The translations under genes were made by a program, and so were the position numbers. Shown one piece after another: positions 15,938-23,690 of a stretch of 43,577 bases of DNA. Source of the DNA: a virus; the IMG/VR virus record IMGVR_UViG_3300045988_012481, positions 1 through 43,577 of that record; one strand, 5' to 3'. Under the pieces are notes generated by a model. It did not search any database and had not been told where the DNA came from. It saw only the letters and a list, made by a program, of their open reading frames with translations. Position 1 is the first letter of the stretch. Every line of letters begins with the position of its first letter.

Positions 15938-16756
15938 TCAAATCACGCCCTCCATTTCAATCTGCACGGCTTCCGGCTCTTTCAGCATCTTTTCCACCGC
16001 ATCGCGGTAAAACTCCTTGCAGATTTCAAATCCGTAACTATCGCGCCCCAGCTCCCGCGCCGCTCTGAGTGTCGAACCGCTTCCGGCGCATGGGTCAATC
16101 ACCACATCGCCCGGGTCTGTGAAAATCTCAATCAGCTTTTTCAGCAGCTTCACCGGCTTCTGTGTCGGGTGTAGCTTTGGCACTTCTCTGCCATCGCGTT
16201 CCCAGTCGATATGGTCAAACACCATCTTTCCGCTTCCGCGAACAACCTTGCCGTTCTCGTCATACTGTCTGCCGTTGTTGAACTTCGGCAGCTTGTCCCG
16301 GTACAGTACAACCGCAAACTCAGTTGCGCCTACAATCCGCATATTCGCTTTAAGCACCTGTGCAGAATACGGCTTCGTGAAAAACATCGGATAGCTGTTC
16401 TTGAACCCGTACCGTCTGCCATACTCCATCACCGTCTGCATCTGGTCGAACGCGCAGAATACGATCATCGCCGGCGCAACGTTGCGTTCCTTTGGCTCTT
16501 TCTTCAAAAGCCGGTTGCAGAAGTGCATATATTCGGCAATCTTGAAATAGCCGTCCGTGCGGAAAAAGCTGCTTTTCGCCTTTGCGCTTTCTCCGTTCTT
16601 GTTGTCGCCGCCGACATACCACATTGGATTGCTTCCGTATGCGTCCGCGCCGATGTTATACGGAATATCCGCAATAACAAGCTGCGCTTTCGGGATGCCG
16701 TACCGCTTGTAATTCTGGAAATTGTCGTTGAACAGCTCGCATTTCAGCTCCTTCAT
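15938..16756 (-). CDS. DNA N6-adenine/N4-cytosine methyltransferase (beta class)
   Basis: N-terminal ADIPYN (DPPY-like motif IV) and C-terminal VVIDPCAGSGST (motif I). The order IV...I defines the beta class. Confidence 0.85.
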   Translation of the reverse strand: MKELKCELFNDNFQNYKRYGIPKAQLVIADIPYNIGADAYGSNPMWYVGGDNKNGESAKAKSSFFRTDGYFKIAEYMHFCNRLLKKEPKERNVAPAMIVFCAFDQMQTVMEYGRRYGFKNSYPMFFTKPYSAQVLKANMRIVGATEFAVVLYRDKLPKFNNGRQYDENGKVVRGSGKMVFDHIDWERDGREVPKLHPTQKPVKLLKKLIEIFTDPGDVVIDPCAGSGSTLRAARELGRDSYGFEICKEFYRDAVEKMLKEPEAVQIEMEGVI

Positions 16757-17124
16757 TCTTCGTCCCTCCCAATAATCTCGATCTCCACCCGCGGATTTTT
16801 TGAATCTACATAAAAGTGGTCTTCAAATCCGATAATGTTCTTCCAACCGTCATTCTTAAGGAACCGCGCCTTAACAAGCGCATCCTGAATGACCTTGCGG
16901 CCAAACGCACAAATGTTATCCTTATCCCGCCGCCGGTCTTTCTCGTACCAGCGATAAATCATGTACACCGGCTCTTCAAACTCCACGTTTCCGAGCTGTC
17001 TTGCCGCGTGCATCACAACGGTTTCGCACTGCTTTTTCAGCCGCGCCCCCTCCTGCCGGTGTCGTCTCTCCGCCTCGATCAACTCATTCAGTCCCGGCAG
17101 CGGGCCTTTGATTACAAATTTCAT
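16753..17124 (-). CDS. rusA: RusA-type Holliday junction resolvase
   Basis: 123 aa. ...LPGLNELIEAERRH...RRRDKDNICAFGRKVIQDALVKARFLKNDGW is the RusA-family pattern. Confidence 0.75.
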   Translation of the reverse strand: MKFVIKGPLPGLNELIEAERRHRQEGARLKKQCETVVMHAARQLGNVEFEEPVYMIYRWYEKDRRRDKDNICAFGRKVIQDALVKARFLKNDGWKNIIGFEDHFYVDSKNPRVEIEIIGRDEE

Positions 17125-17846
17125 CTTTCACCTCTGCTGGCTTTCACTCGTGCCGCCCACTCATTTTCCCAGTCACTGGCGGCGGGCGCACCGTTAAACA
17201 TCGGCGCATCCGTTTTGGTTTTCTTCGGCTTGTCTCCGATTCTGTCCCAAATGATACCTTTCCAACCTTGCGACATACTCAGCCGGATAACCTCGGCTAC
17301 TGCCTGTTCGCCGTGCTGCTTTACGCGGTTCTCAATCATCGTGAGAAGGTTTCTGAGGCCAGTTGGCTCGTATGCATCCCTGCGCTCCTTCTTGTATCTA
17401 ATCCAATCTTGAACCGCCGAACATACCGGCTCCGAGAATCGTTCTGTTAGGTCGAGTTTCTTATCGGCTTCTTGGGCTTTGGGCTTCGGTTTAGGCTTTG
17501 GCGAACCTTTTGCCGGTGTCGTCACTTCGTCGCGTTCGGTGCTCTGGTACTCGTCGTACTTGCTAACCGTGATAACTGTATAGCGCCGATTGGTTTCCAC
17601 CGTGATTTCGCCGGTCTTTTTCAGTTTACCGAGCGCCGTCCGTACCTGCTGCACAGACAGCCCACTTTCCGCCGAGAGCGCCGCATAACTTGTTGCAAAC
17701 GCACCACGCGGTATTTCTATACCCTGCCACTCGCAAGTCTTGTAATTGGCTCTCAGCAGGACGTGCAGCCATAGCTTGCAGGTGGGGAGGTCTGTATACC
17801 ATCCCCACTCCGTAAGCGCACGGTGCAGTTTTATGTGCCCGTTCAT
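17121..17846 (-). CDS. Replisome organizer / DnaD-like replication initiation protein
   Basis: N-terminal GHIKLHRALTEWGWY...FATSYAALSAESGLSVQQVRTALGKLKKTGEI (winged helix). KPKPKPK linker, then a C-terminal DnaD-like helical domain. Confidence 0.75.
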   Translation of the reverse strand: MNGHIKLHRALTEWGWYTDLPTCKLWLHVLLRANYKTCEWQGIEIPRGAFATSYAALSAESGLSVQQVRTALGKLKKTGEITVETNRRYTVITVSKYDEYQSTERDEVTTPAKGSPKPKPKPKAQEADKKLDLTERFSEPVCSAVQDWIRYKKERRDAYEPTGLRNLLTMIENRVKQHGEQAVAEVIRLSMSQGWKGIIWDRIGDKPKKTKTDAPMFNGAPAASDWENEWAARVKASRGER

Positions 17847-17857
17847 TCCCCATCACC

Positions 17858-18235
17858 TCAGAACGGAACGTCCGAATCTTCCTCCGGCATATCCGCAAAA
17901 TCGCTGTTCTCCTTCGGCTTGCCTCCGCAAAAGTCGATGCTTTCGCACTGCACTTCCCACGAGCGGCGCTTATTGCCGTTCTTGTCCTGCCAGTCGCGAC
18001 TTTCCAAACGGCCGGAAACAATGCACATATCGCCCTTGTGGAACCATGTGCTTGCGTGCTCTGCCAGCTTGCCCCACAATACGATAGAGCAAAAGTCGCT
18101 CTGATATTCCCCGTTGTTATTCTTTCGGCTGCGTTGTACTGCGAGCGTTCCGCCTGACACAGCAGTACCCGACTGCGTGTGCCGCAATTCGAGATCATCA
18201 GTCAATCTGCCTTGTAAAATAATCTTGTTAAGCAC
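17858..18235 (-). CDS. ssb: Single-stranded DNA-binding protein (GTG start)
   Basis: MLNKIILQGRLTDDLELRHTQSGTAV... OB-fold pattern with an acidic tail ending DSDVPF. Confidence 0.9.
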   Translation of the reverse strand: MLNKIILQGRLTDDLELRHTQSGTAVSGGTLAVQRSRKNNNGEYQSDFCSIVLWGKLAEHASTWFHKGDMCIVSGRLESRDWQDKNGNKRRSWEVQCESIDFCGGKPKENSDFADMPEEDSDVPF

Positions 18236-18800
18236 TTGTATTCCTCCATTTGTTGTAATTTTTCAAATTGTTGTGAAGTTTTGCATGCTCTGCCCTTGTC
18301 AGTACAGCAATGTTTTCCGGATTGTTGTTTGTTTTATTTCCGTCAATGTGATGCACAATATCAGAAGATTTTAGCTTTCTTCCGTATTTCTGCTCAGCAA
18401 CAAGTCTGTGTTCCAGAACAAAACCATGTTTATCCGCCAAATGGCTGTCCGGCCGATATATGAGAATGTATCCGCCCGAATGTTTCTTCCTTCCTCCTGA
18501 CCAGTGATAATTTTTATCCCCGGACATCGCATCTCTCAGCTTCTGTTTGGTTTCGTCTGACATCTTGCGTCCATATGACGGACACAAGCTCCCCGTTTTC
18601 CCGATGTTCGGATGTTTATGATTTTTCCACAGAAACTTCACGCTCTCAATTCTCGTGGGAACACGCATGCCTGCTTTTTTCATCTCTCTTGAGAGCTTTT
18701 TTCGTTCAATTCCGATCTCGTCCTCAAGCATTCGCAAGCTCGCGCCTTCTGCAATTCGGGTCTCGATGTATTCCCGATATTTTTCTAAATCAACTTTCAT
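18228..18800 (-). CDS. HNH homing endonuclease (190 aa)
   Basis: ...HRLVAEQKYGRKL...DIVHHIDGNKTNNNPENIAVLTRAEHAKLH (HNH_3-type). Lower G+C than its flanks. Confidence 0.8.
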   Translation of the reverse strand: MKVDLEKYREYIETRIAEGASLRMLEDEIGIERKKLSREMKKAGMRVPTRIESVKFLWKNHKHPNIGKTGSLCPSYGRKMSDETKQKLRDAMSGDKNYHWSGGRKKHSGGYILIYRPDSHLADKHGFVLEHRLVAEQKYGRKLKSSDIVHHIDGNKTNNNPENIAVLTRAEHAKLHNNLKNYNKWRNTSA

Positions 18801-19102
18801 CTCCCTGTCTCCTTGGTATACTTCTGGTTTTTCTCATCCCACAGTGGGTAGAGGCTTTGCAGGTACTCCCGCATTTCCCGCTTGATTTCCTTGCCGTCGC
18901 CCTGATCCATTTCTCGGTGACAGTCCGGGCACAGCATCACAAGGTTTGTCGTAATACCCATGCCTCCGCGTGCTCTCGATACAAAATGGCACGCTTGCAG
19001 AACACCGCCTTTCCCGCAGTGACGGCAAATGCCGCCGTCCCTCTCCCAGCATTCGCGCCATACCGCCGGACTGATGCCGGTAAACTTGGTCTGCCGTCTC
19101 AT
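18797..19102 (-). CDS. HNH/zinc-finger nuclease-like protein (101 aa from ATG 19102)
   Basis: CRHCG...ACHFVSRARGG...NLVMLCPDCH. ATGA coupling. Confidence 0.6.
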   Translation of the reverse strand: MRRQTKFTGISPAVWRECWERDGGICRHCGKGGVLQACHFVSRARGGMGITTNLVMLCPDCHREMDQGDGKEIKREMREYLQSLYPLWDEKNQKYTKETGR

Positions 19103-19266
19103 TCCTCCATGTCCTTTCTCGCCGCGCGTTCCAGTCTGCGCTTTGCCGTCCGGCGATTTGCTTTTTTCATCTTTGCCCAACCTCTGTGGTTATAAGCCCA
19201 GCACTCGTATTTGTGCGAAAATTCGCCGGGGTTTCTTGCAAATCTCTTGTAGTTTCTCCACTTCAT
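19099..19266 (-). CDS. Small basic protein (55 aa)
   Basis: ATGA overlaps at both ends. MKWRNYKRFARNPGEFSHKYECWAYNHRGWAKMKKANRRTAKRRLERAARKDMEE. Confidence 0.4.
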   Translation of the reverse strand: MKWRNYKRFARNPGEFSHKYECWAYNHRGWAKMKKANRRTAKRRLERAARKDMEE

Positions 19267-19799
19267 ACCCCGCGCTCCTCCGGCTTCCATTTACTCAGCC
19301 AACCAATCACCGTACTCTCCGGTTCGGTTTCAATACCCTGCTCCTTGCAGTCCTGCACGATCAGATTGATAAGCCGACCCATCTGTAAGGTGTTGTAAGT
19401 GCTCGACCCGTAGAAGCACATCAGATAACCGCCATTGCAATCCTGCGTTACCCATCCGAGGCCTTGCTTGCTCCACAGGTCAGCGATAAAGTCTCTCTGC
19501 TGACCGTTCACATACGGCACAAGTCGATAATTGTCCCCGATTTCGGGGATGTACTGCCGGTACACTTCCTCCCGCTTGATTCCCAGCTTTGCAGCCAGTT
19601 TTCCCATGCAAGCCCACGCATAAGCGTTTGCCCGCCCTGAGCGTTTGTCGTACTTCTTCTTGATCTCGGCGATATAGGTCTTGCCCTCTTTCATCTGTTC
19701 GCACTCCACCCGCGCCATAGGCGCGTTCTTGATATGCAAACACAACCAGTTGCCGAGATCGTTATGCACTACCTGTGCACGGTCGAATTCATGCGTCAT
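19263..19799 (-). CDS. NinB/Orf-like recombination mediator (178 aa)
   Basis: RSGRANAYAWACMGKLAAKLG ... YGSSTYNTLQMGRLINLIVQDCKEQGIET parallels lambda NinB (RSLDQNRKLWACLGDV...GQSTSRMRVGEFAELLELIQAFGTERGV). The lambda sequence is recalled from memory. Confidence 0.5.
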   Translation of the reverse strand: MTHEFDRAQVVHNDLGNWLCLHIKNAPMARVECEQMKEGKTYIAEIKKKYDKRSGRANAYAWACMGKLAAKLGIKREEVYRQYIPEIGDNYRLVPYVNGQQRDFIADLWSKQGLGWVTQDCNGGYLMCFYGSSTYNTLQMGRLINLIVQDCKEQGIETEPESTVIGWLSKWKPEERGV

Positions 19800-20523
19800 T
19801 CTGCACCGCCTTGTGCTGTTCTGCCTTGATCGCGTTCCACTTCGGTTCAAGCTCCAAAATCGCAGCATTCATCTTTACAATGTCGTTTTCGTCCTTCTGG
19901 TACTGCTCACGCCACAGTTTAGACGATGTATCCACATCTTTGCCGCTGATATCATAAAGCAGCTGCTTTACGTGTTTTGCTTTCTTCTGGACTTCGGTCA
20001 GTTCGACCGGCGGCGGGACAAGTTCAAACCGTGCTTCTCCATTTTCATCCTCAATCACAAGGCCGGAAATCCTGCGCTTGTCATACTGGATACTGCGCAC
20101 GCGGAACGACTGCTTGCACTTGATTCTGCCGTTTTGCTCGGAATACTCTTTATCCCTGAGCCGAACCCAAATCTTAGGAGCCGTGTACAGTTCTCGGCCA
20201 ATACCCCAGTTGGTGCACGCCCGCTTAAAGCTATCGCTTGCCTGTCCCTTCTCCTTCTCGGTATTGCTTTCCGTTCCTACGTCCTGCTTTACAACCCATT
20301 GTCCTTTTTCTGCATCCCAGACAGAGACATTGCAGTAAAGCCGACCGTCGATGATAACGTGTTCGCGCTTCCAGTTTGTCTGACCGTACACCTCGTCCAG
20401 AATGGACATATCGCAACGTGCGTCCTTGTAGAGTAGCAACGAACACGATACGCCATGCTGAGACTTTGACACCTGCGCTACGCGGCACTCGATCTCGTCT
20501 GCATTAAGCAACCTGATGTTCAT
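19789..20523 (-). CDS. Rad52/Sak-type single-strand annealing protein
   Basis: 244 aa. ...GQASDSFKRACTNWGIGRELY... is typical of the Rad52/22 (DUF1071/Sak) family. Confidence 0.75.
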   Translation of the reverse strand: MNIRLLNADEIECRVAQVSKSQHGVSCSLLLYKDARCDMSILDEVYGQTNWKREHVIIDGRLYCNVSVWDAEKGQWVVKQDVGTESNTEKEKGQASDSFKRACTNWGIGRELYTAPKIWVRLRDKEYSEQNGRIKCKQSFRVRSIQYDKRRISGLVIEDENGEARFELVPPPVELTEVQKKAKHVKQLLYDISGKDVDTSSKLWREQYQKDENDIVKMNAAILELEPKWNAIKAEQHKAVQNDA

Positions 20524-20524
20524 A

Positions 20525-21013
20525 TCACTTCACCTGCAAATTCATGTTTTCTACCAGCTCCGCGCCCGGTACGGCCTCACCGGATTTCAGCAGCTTGCCG
20601 ATTGCCGTCTTGTCTGGCTTGCGGTCGATAACCACCTTGCACAGGTCGTCCGGAACCATTACGTCGCTCGTAATGTTCACCTGCATACTCTTGCGGAACG
20701 ACAGCGCCGCCTTGGCCGTGCTGATCTTGTCTTTGCCTACAGCAAGCATACTGTCCGCAAGGTGCTGCTTCATGTACTCCATGCGCTTCTTGGTCGCATC
20801 CTCTCGCGCCTTGAGATTGTCCCGCTCGTTCTTGAGCGCCTTAATCTCTGCGTCAAGGTTCTTGATGGTGACGGCATACGCTTCGGCCTTGTCCTCAAAC
20901 GCCGCATCCAGACCGTCTACAGCCTCAAAGCCGCTGACTTCGCCGGTCTCCGGGTCTACCGTGATAGCCTGCATTGCAGTCGCAAATTCCTGCGTCAATT
21001 CGTATAAATTCAT
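20525..21013 (-). CDS. Siphovirus Gp157 family protein
   Basis: MNLYELTQEFATAM...AFEDKAEAYAVTIKNLDAEIKALKNERDNL...KPDKTAIGKLLKSGEAVPGAELVE matches the Gp157 pattern. Confidence 0.85.
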   Translation of the reverse strand: MNLYELTQEFATAMQAITVDPETGEVSGFEAVDGLDAAFEDKAEAYAVTIKNLDAEIKALKNERDNLKAREDATKKRMEYMKQHLADSMLAVGKDKISTAKAALSFRKSMQVNITSDVMVPDDLCKVVIDRKPDKTAIGKLLKSGEAVPGAELVENMNLQVK

Positions 21014-21228
21014 GGTTCGTCCTCCTGTTCAAAGTCCTGCACAGCAATTCGTAAATCAAGCAAGAAGTTCTTAATCTCGATGCTGAACAGGTGTTTATAA
21101 TCCTCCAGATACAGGCCAATAGCAGTTTCGGCTTCCCGCATATCCTGCAACCTGTTCCTCCGCTCCTGGTCTTTCCGCTCCGGCGGCTCAAGCGCCCGCT
21201 CGGGGCAGCCGGTCAGCGCGTCACGCAT
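21010..21228 (-). CDS. Hypothetical protein (72 aa)
   Basis: GGAGG RBS, coupled to the neighbouring genes. Confidence 0.45.
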   Translation of the reverse strand: MRDALTGCPERALEPPERKDQERRNRLQDMREAETAIGLYLEDYKHLFSIEIKNFLLDLRIAVQDFEQEDEP

Positions 21229-21472
21229 TGTTTACCGCCTCCATCGCCCGGATAACCTCGGCTTCGGGGACTTCTTCCAGTCCCTCATACCACACATTTT
21301 CTTCGGTGCTCTTGTGGCGGTAAAAGCGGCGGTCTACCTGATACGTTCCGTTTCTTTTGCTCATGATCCATACCAAGCAGGTCGTGTTACTGATCGTTAC
21401 CTCGGTAATCTTGTCTTCCGGCTTTTCCTCCAAACTGAGGTCCAACAGCTTGTGCAGTGTTTCCTTCAACAT
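21221..21472 (-). CDS. Hypothetical protein (83 aa from ATG 21472; alternative start up to 21547)
   Basis: GGAGAGGAG lies upstream of MLKETLHKL. Confidence 0.45.
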   Translation of the reverse strand: MLKETLHKLLDLSLEEKPEDKITEVTISNTTCLVWIMSKRNGTYQVDRRFYRHKSTEENVWYEGLEEVPEAEVIRAMEAVNNA

Positions 21473-21563
21473 CTTGCTTTTTCTCCTCTCCGGTGCTATA
21501 ATCACCGTGTAATGTTTTTGCATGCCGCTGATTGGGTATCCTACCACCCGTCAGCGGCTTTTC

Positions 21564-21845
21564 TCATTCCTGCAGGTATTCCAGCTCACCGCTGAGCGGT
21601 GCGAAACACTGTGGGAACACATTGCCATAAGCATCCCGCAGGAGCAGGAACCGCCATCCCATGCGATCTACTGTCCAGACGCGCTCCATGCACTCAGCGT
21701 GCACCGTGATGCGCTGCTGAATCCGTTTCAGCTCATCCAGTGAACAAACCTCGTTGTCCCTGAAATCTAAGCCGTCCTTCTTCCGCGGTGCAAACCGCAG
21801 CACCCGCGCCGTGTCAATCGGCGTACCATTGATTTTCACAATCAT
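21564..21845 (-). CDS. Hypothetical protein (93 aa)
   Basis: GGAGTGGAGG RBS before MIVKINGTPI. Confidence 0.5.
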   Translation of the reverse strand: MIVKINGTPIDTARVLRFAPRKKDGLDFRDNEVCSLDELKRIQQRITVHAECMERVWTVDRMGWRFLLLRDAYGNVFPQCFAPLSGELEYLQE

Positions 21846-21846
21846 G

Positions 21847-22101
21847 TTATCGCCTCCACTCCGTCCAGAAACAACCATCACCGATGCCGCAAGTACGGCT
21901 CATGAGAACCGGCTCGCCGTCATCGCCCTCGAAGATTTTGTCCTCGAAGGAATACTCCGGCTTGTCCTCGGTGCCGAACCATCCCTCGCCCTCGCAGGTT
22001 TCCGGGTTGTACTGGGTGAAGTACCAGCCTAACCCCTGCGGGACTTCTCGCTTGTCCCAGTCCGGCAAGCTAAACTGTCGGAAATATTCGTGCTTTGTCA
22101 T
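21847..22101 (-). CDS. Hypothetical acidic protein (84 aa)
   Basis: ORF with coupled neighbours; Trp/acidic-rich. Confidence 0.45.
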   Translation of the reverse strand: MTKHEYFRQFSLPDWDKREVPQGLGWYFTQYNPETCEGEGWFGTEDKPEYSFEDKIFEGDDGEPVLMSRTCGIGDGCFWTEWRR

Positions 22102-22241
22102 TTTCGTTCCTCCGTTCTCATGCTGATCGTCTTTGCGCTCTCGCGCATCTGCAAGCCGTACTTAGCAGCGTGCATCGCCTTGCCGATAACCCGGCGCTGC
22201 ATGTCTTTGACTTTCAGCGTCTTGCGTCTTGCTTCCGTCAT
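22098..22241 (-). CDS. Small basic protein (47 aa from ATG 22241)
   Basis: GAGGGGAG lies upstream of MTEARRKTLKV. Confidence 0.3.
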   Translation of the reverse strand: MTEARRKTLKVKDMQRRVIGKAMHAAKYGLQMRESAKTISMRTEERK

Positions 22242-22257
22242 ATCCTGTTTTCTCCCC

Positions 22258-22467
22258 TCAGCGATAACGACCGCGATATCTCTGCCGGTGTTCATAGGCC
22301 GCAAGCAACACGCTTGCCCTTGCGGCTACAAATCCGACCGCCAGCAGCGCCAGCATGATAACCGCACCGCTGAACAGGTCAATGCGGCCATTCTCAGTCA
22401 TGCCACCAGAGAGCAGGACACCGAGGAAACACATTCCTGCAAGCCAGCCACAGCGTTTGTAGGTCAT
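22258..22467 (-). CDS. Small two-TM membrane protein (69 aa)
   Basis: AAAGGGGA lies 9 nt upstream of the ATG at 22467. Hydrophobic segments GWLAGMCFLGVLLSG and GAVIMLALLAVGFVAA. Confidence 0.45.
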   Translation of the reverse strand: MTYKRCGWLAGMCFLGVLLSGGMTENGRIDLFSGAVIMLALLAVGFVAARASVLLAAYEHRQRYRGRYR

Positions 22468-22497
22468 TGGTTTCAATCCCCTTTCGCAGTTTCTTGT

Positions 22498-22621
22498 AAC
22501 CCTCGAACGTAGTGAGAGGGTTATTCTTTTCTTTCTTTCTTAGAAAGTTAAATTAATATATATTCGACCGTAGGGAGAATATATATATACTTCTTTTCTT
22601 TCTTTGTTACTTTCTTTCTTA
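22498..22621. repeat. Origin-like AT-rich region: hairpin, two polypyrimidine/polypurine direct repeats, and an AT palindrome
   Basis: Hairpin AACCCTC/GAGGGTT (22498-22522). ttcttttctttctttctta (22524-22542) and ttcttttctttctttgtta (22591-22609) flank the inverted repeat atatatattc/gaatatatat (22556-22565 / 22577-22586). Confidence 0.8.
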
Positions 22622-22627
22622 CGCCTC

Positions 22628-22657
22628 GGTGTGTTGATGGTTTGTTATCGGTCTGTT
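22628..22657. repeat. 30-bp direct repeat, copy 1 (ggtgtgttgatggtttgttatcggtctgtt), within a G/T-rich tract 22628-22713
   Basis: Exact copy at 22964-22993 and a 21-bp copy at 22999-23019. Sub-motifs TGTTATC and GTGTGTTG recur. Confidence 0.9.
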
Positions 22658-22710
22658 ATCGGTGTGTTGATTGTGTGTTATCTGTGTGTTGGTGGTCTGT
22701 TGTTGGAGTG

Positions 22711-22932
22711 TTACGCAGACGCTTCCGCCTGCACCAATCGGTTAGCCACATCGGCCACATGATAGCGACCGCCAGTTAAACGTGGAACACCATCTAAATA
22801 CCTCTGCACGGTACGATAACTAACGCCAAACCAGTCTTTTAACTGCTTTGTGGTAATATATTCGCACCCTGCGAACGTGCGTAAACGGCCTTCAACCGTG
22901 CGCCTGCGGTTGCTTAATTCTGTTGCTGTCAT
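22711..22932 (-). CDS. Small HTH DNA-binding protein (excisionase/MerR-like HTH; 73 aa)
   Basis: ...EYITTKQLKDWFGVSYRTVQRYLDG...GGRYHVADV is the pattern of Xis/HTH_17-type proteins. Flanked by the 30-bp repeats. Confidence 0.55.
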   Translation of the reverse strand: MTATELSNRRRTVEGRLRTFAGCEYITTKQLKDWFGVSYRTVQRYLDGVPRLTGGRYHVADVANRLVQAEASA

Positions 22933-22963
22933 TCGTTCAACCCTCCGCTTTCTGTGTGTTATT

Positions 22964-23019
22964 GGTGTGTTGATGGTTTGTTATCGGTCTGTTGCTTAGT
23001 GTGTTGATGGTTTGTTATC
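22964..23019. repeat. 30-bp direct repeat copy 2 (22964-22993) plus 21-bp copy 3 (22999-23019)
   Basis: Read directly; identical to 22628-22657. Confidence 0.9.
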
Positions 23020-23125
23020 TCTCATCATCATCGTTGCCGCAACGCAGCATCGCACACACAATAAGCAGCGCCATTTCTACGCCCAGTGTTGCCAGCACTC
23101 CGGCAACAAAAGGTGGAATATACAT
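23015..23125 (-). CDS. Mini membrane peptide (36 aa, MYIPPFVAGVLATLGVEMALLIVCAMLRCGNDDDER)
   Basis: GGAGGTGA RBS 6 nt upstream of the ATG at 23125. Under 60 aa, so absent from the track. Confidence 0.4.
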   Translation of the reverse strand: MYIPPFVAGVLATLGVEMALLIVCAMLRCGNDDDER

Positions 23126-23196
23126 CGGTGTTCACCTCCACTTGTTCTCCCCTTCCTGACCGTGGTATAATAGCCGAGAAAGGAGCATTCAGCACA

Positions 23197-23355
23197 TCAT
23201 CGGGTTTCTCTTCGCTTGGGAAACGCTCGTCTGATTTCAGCGTCTATATACACGTCGTAGACCTTGCAAAGCAGTGTGCAAACGCCGAATCCTAAAGCGA
23301 ACCCAGCAAGCGCCGTGCCAAAATCGCCTGATGAACAAACTCTTTTTACATTCAT
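23197..23355 (-). CDS. Small membrane protein (52 aa, MNVKRVCSSGDFGTALAGFALGFGVCTLLCKVYDVYIDAEIRRAFPKRRETR)
   Basis: AGGGTGA RBS. One hydrophobic helix and a basic tail. Competes with plus-strand track ORFs that lack RBSs. Confidence 0.35.
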   Translation of the reverse strand: MNVKRVCSSGDFGTALAGFALGFGVCTLLCKVYDVYIDAEIRRAFPKRRETR

Positions 23356-23585
23356 TGCTTTCACCCTATTTCAGAAAGGATTGTTTTTATTGTTTCGTCC
23401 AACTAACCCGCAAAACAAAGCGCAAACACAAGCTGAATTACGCGATTGGGAAATGAAACGCGCCCATCGCGCTAAGCTCGAACGGCGAGAAAATTTCCAT
23501 TATTGGATAACTACCATCCTCGCTGTGCTTGCCTTTATCCTGTCTGTCGCATCGTTGTCATGGCAGGTATACAAAGACCTGCACC

Positions 23586-23675
23586 CTACCGCTTGTACCA
23601 CTTGCGCATCAACACAATCAGCACAGCCAGAATAACCATCGTTGCGATGTTAAGCGACATCAGTACTGGATCCAT
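23586..23675 (-). CDS. Mini hydrophobic peptide (29 aa, MDPVLMSLNIATMVILAVLIVLMRKWYKR)
   Basis: GGAGGTGA RBS directly after the cro-like stop. Hydrophobic helix plus basic C-terminus. Confidence 0.4.
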   Translation of the reverse strand: MDPVLMSLNIATMVILAVLIVLMRKWYKR

Positions 23676-23690
23676 TGCTCTCACCTCCGC

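Noticed and set aside
17626-18198. 190-aa minus-strand ORF overlapping ssb and the replisome organizer in another frame
   Set aside because: It is an alternative frame of two recognisable genes, with Arg/Ala-rich composition and no RBS.
23264-23635. 123-aa plus-strand ORF in the cro-downstream region
   Set aside because: Most of it conflicts with RBS-preceded minus-strand mini-ORFs. Only its last 60 codons (from ATG 23453) look protein-like, and those are discussed as a low-confidence antisense element in the findings.
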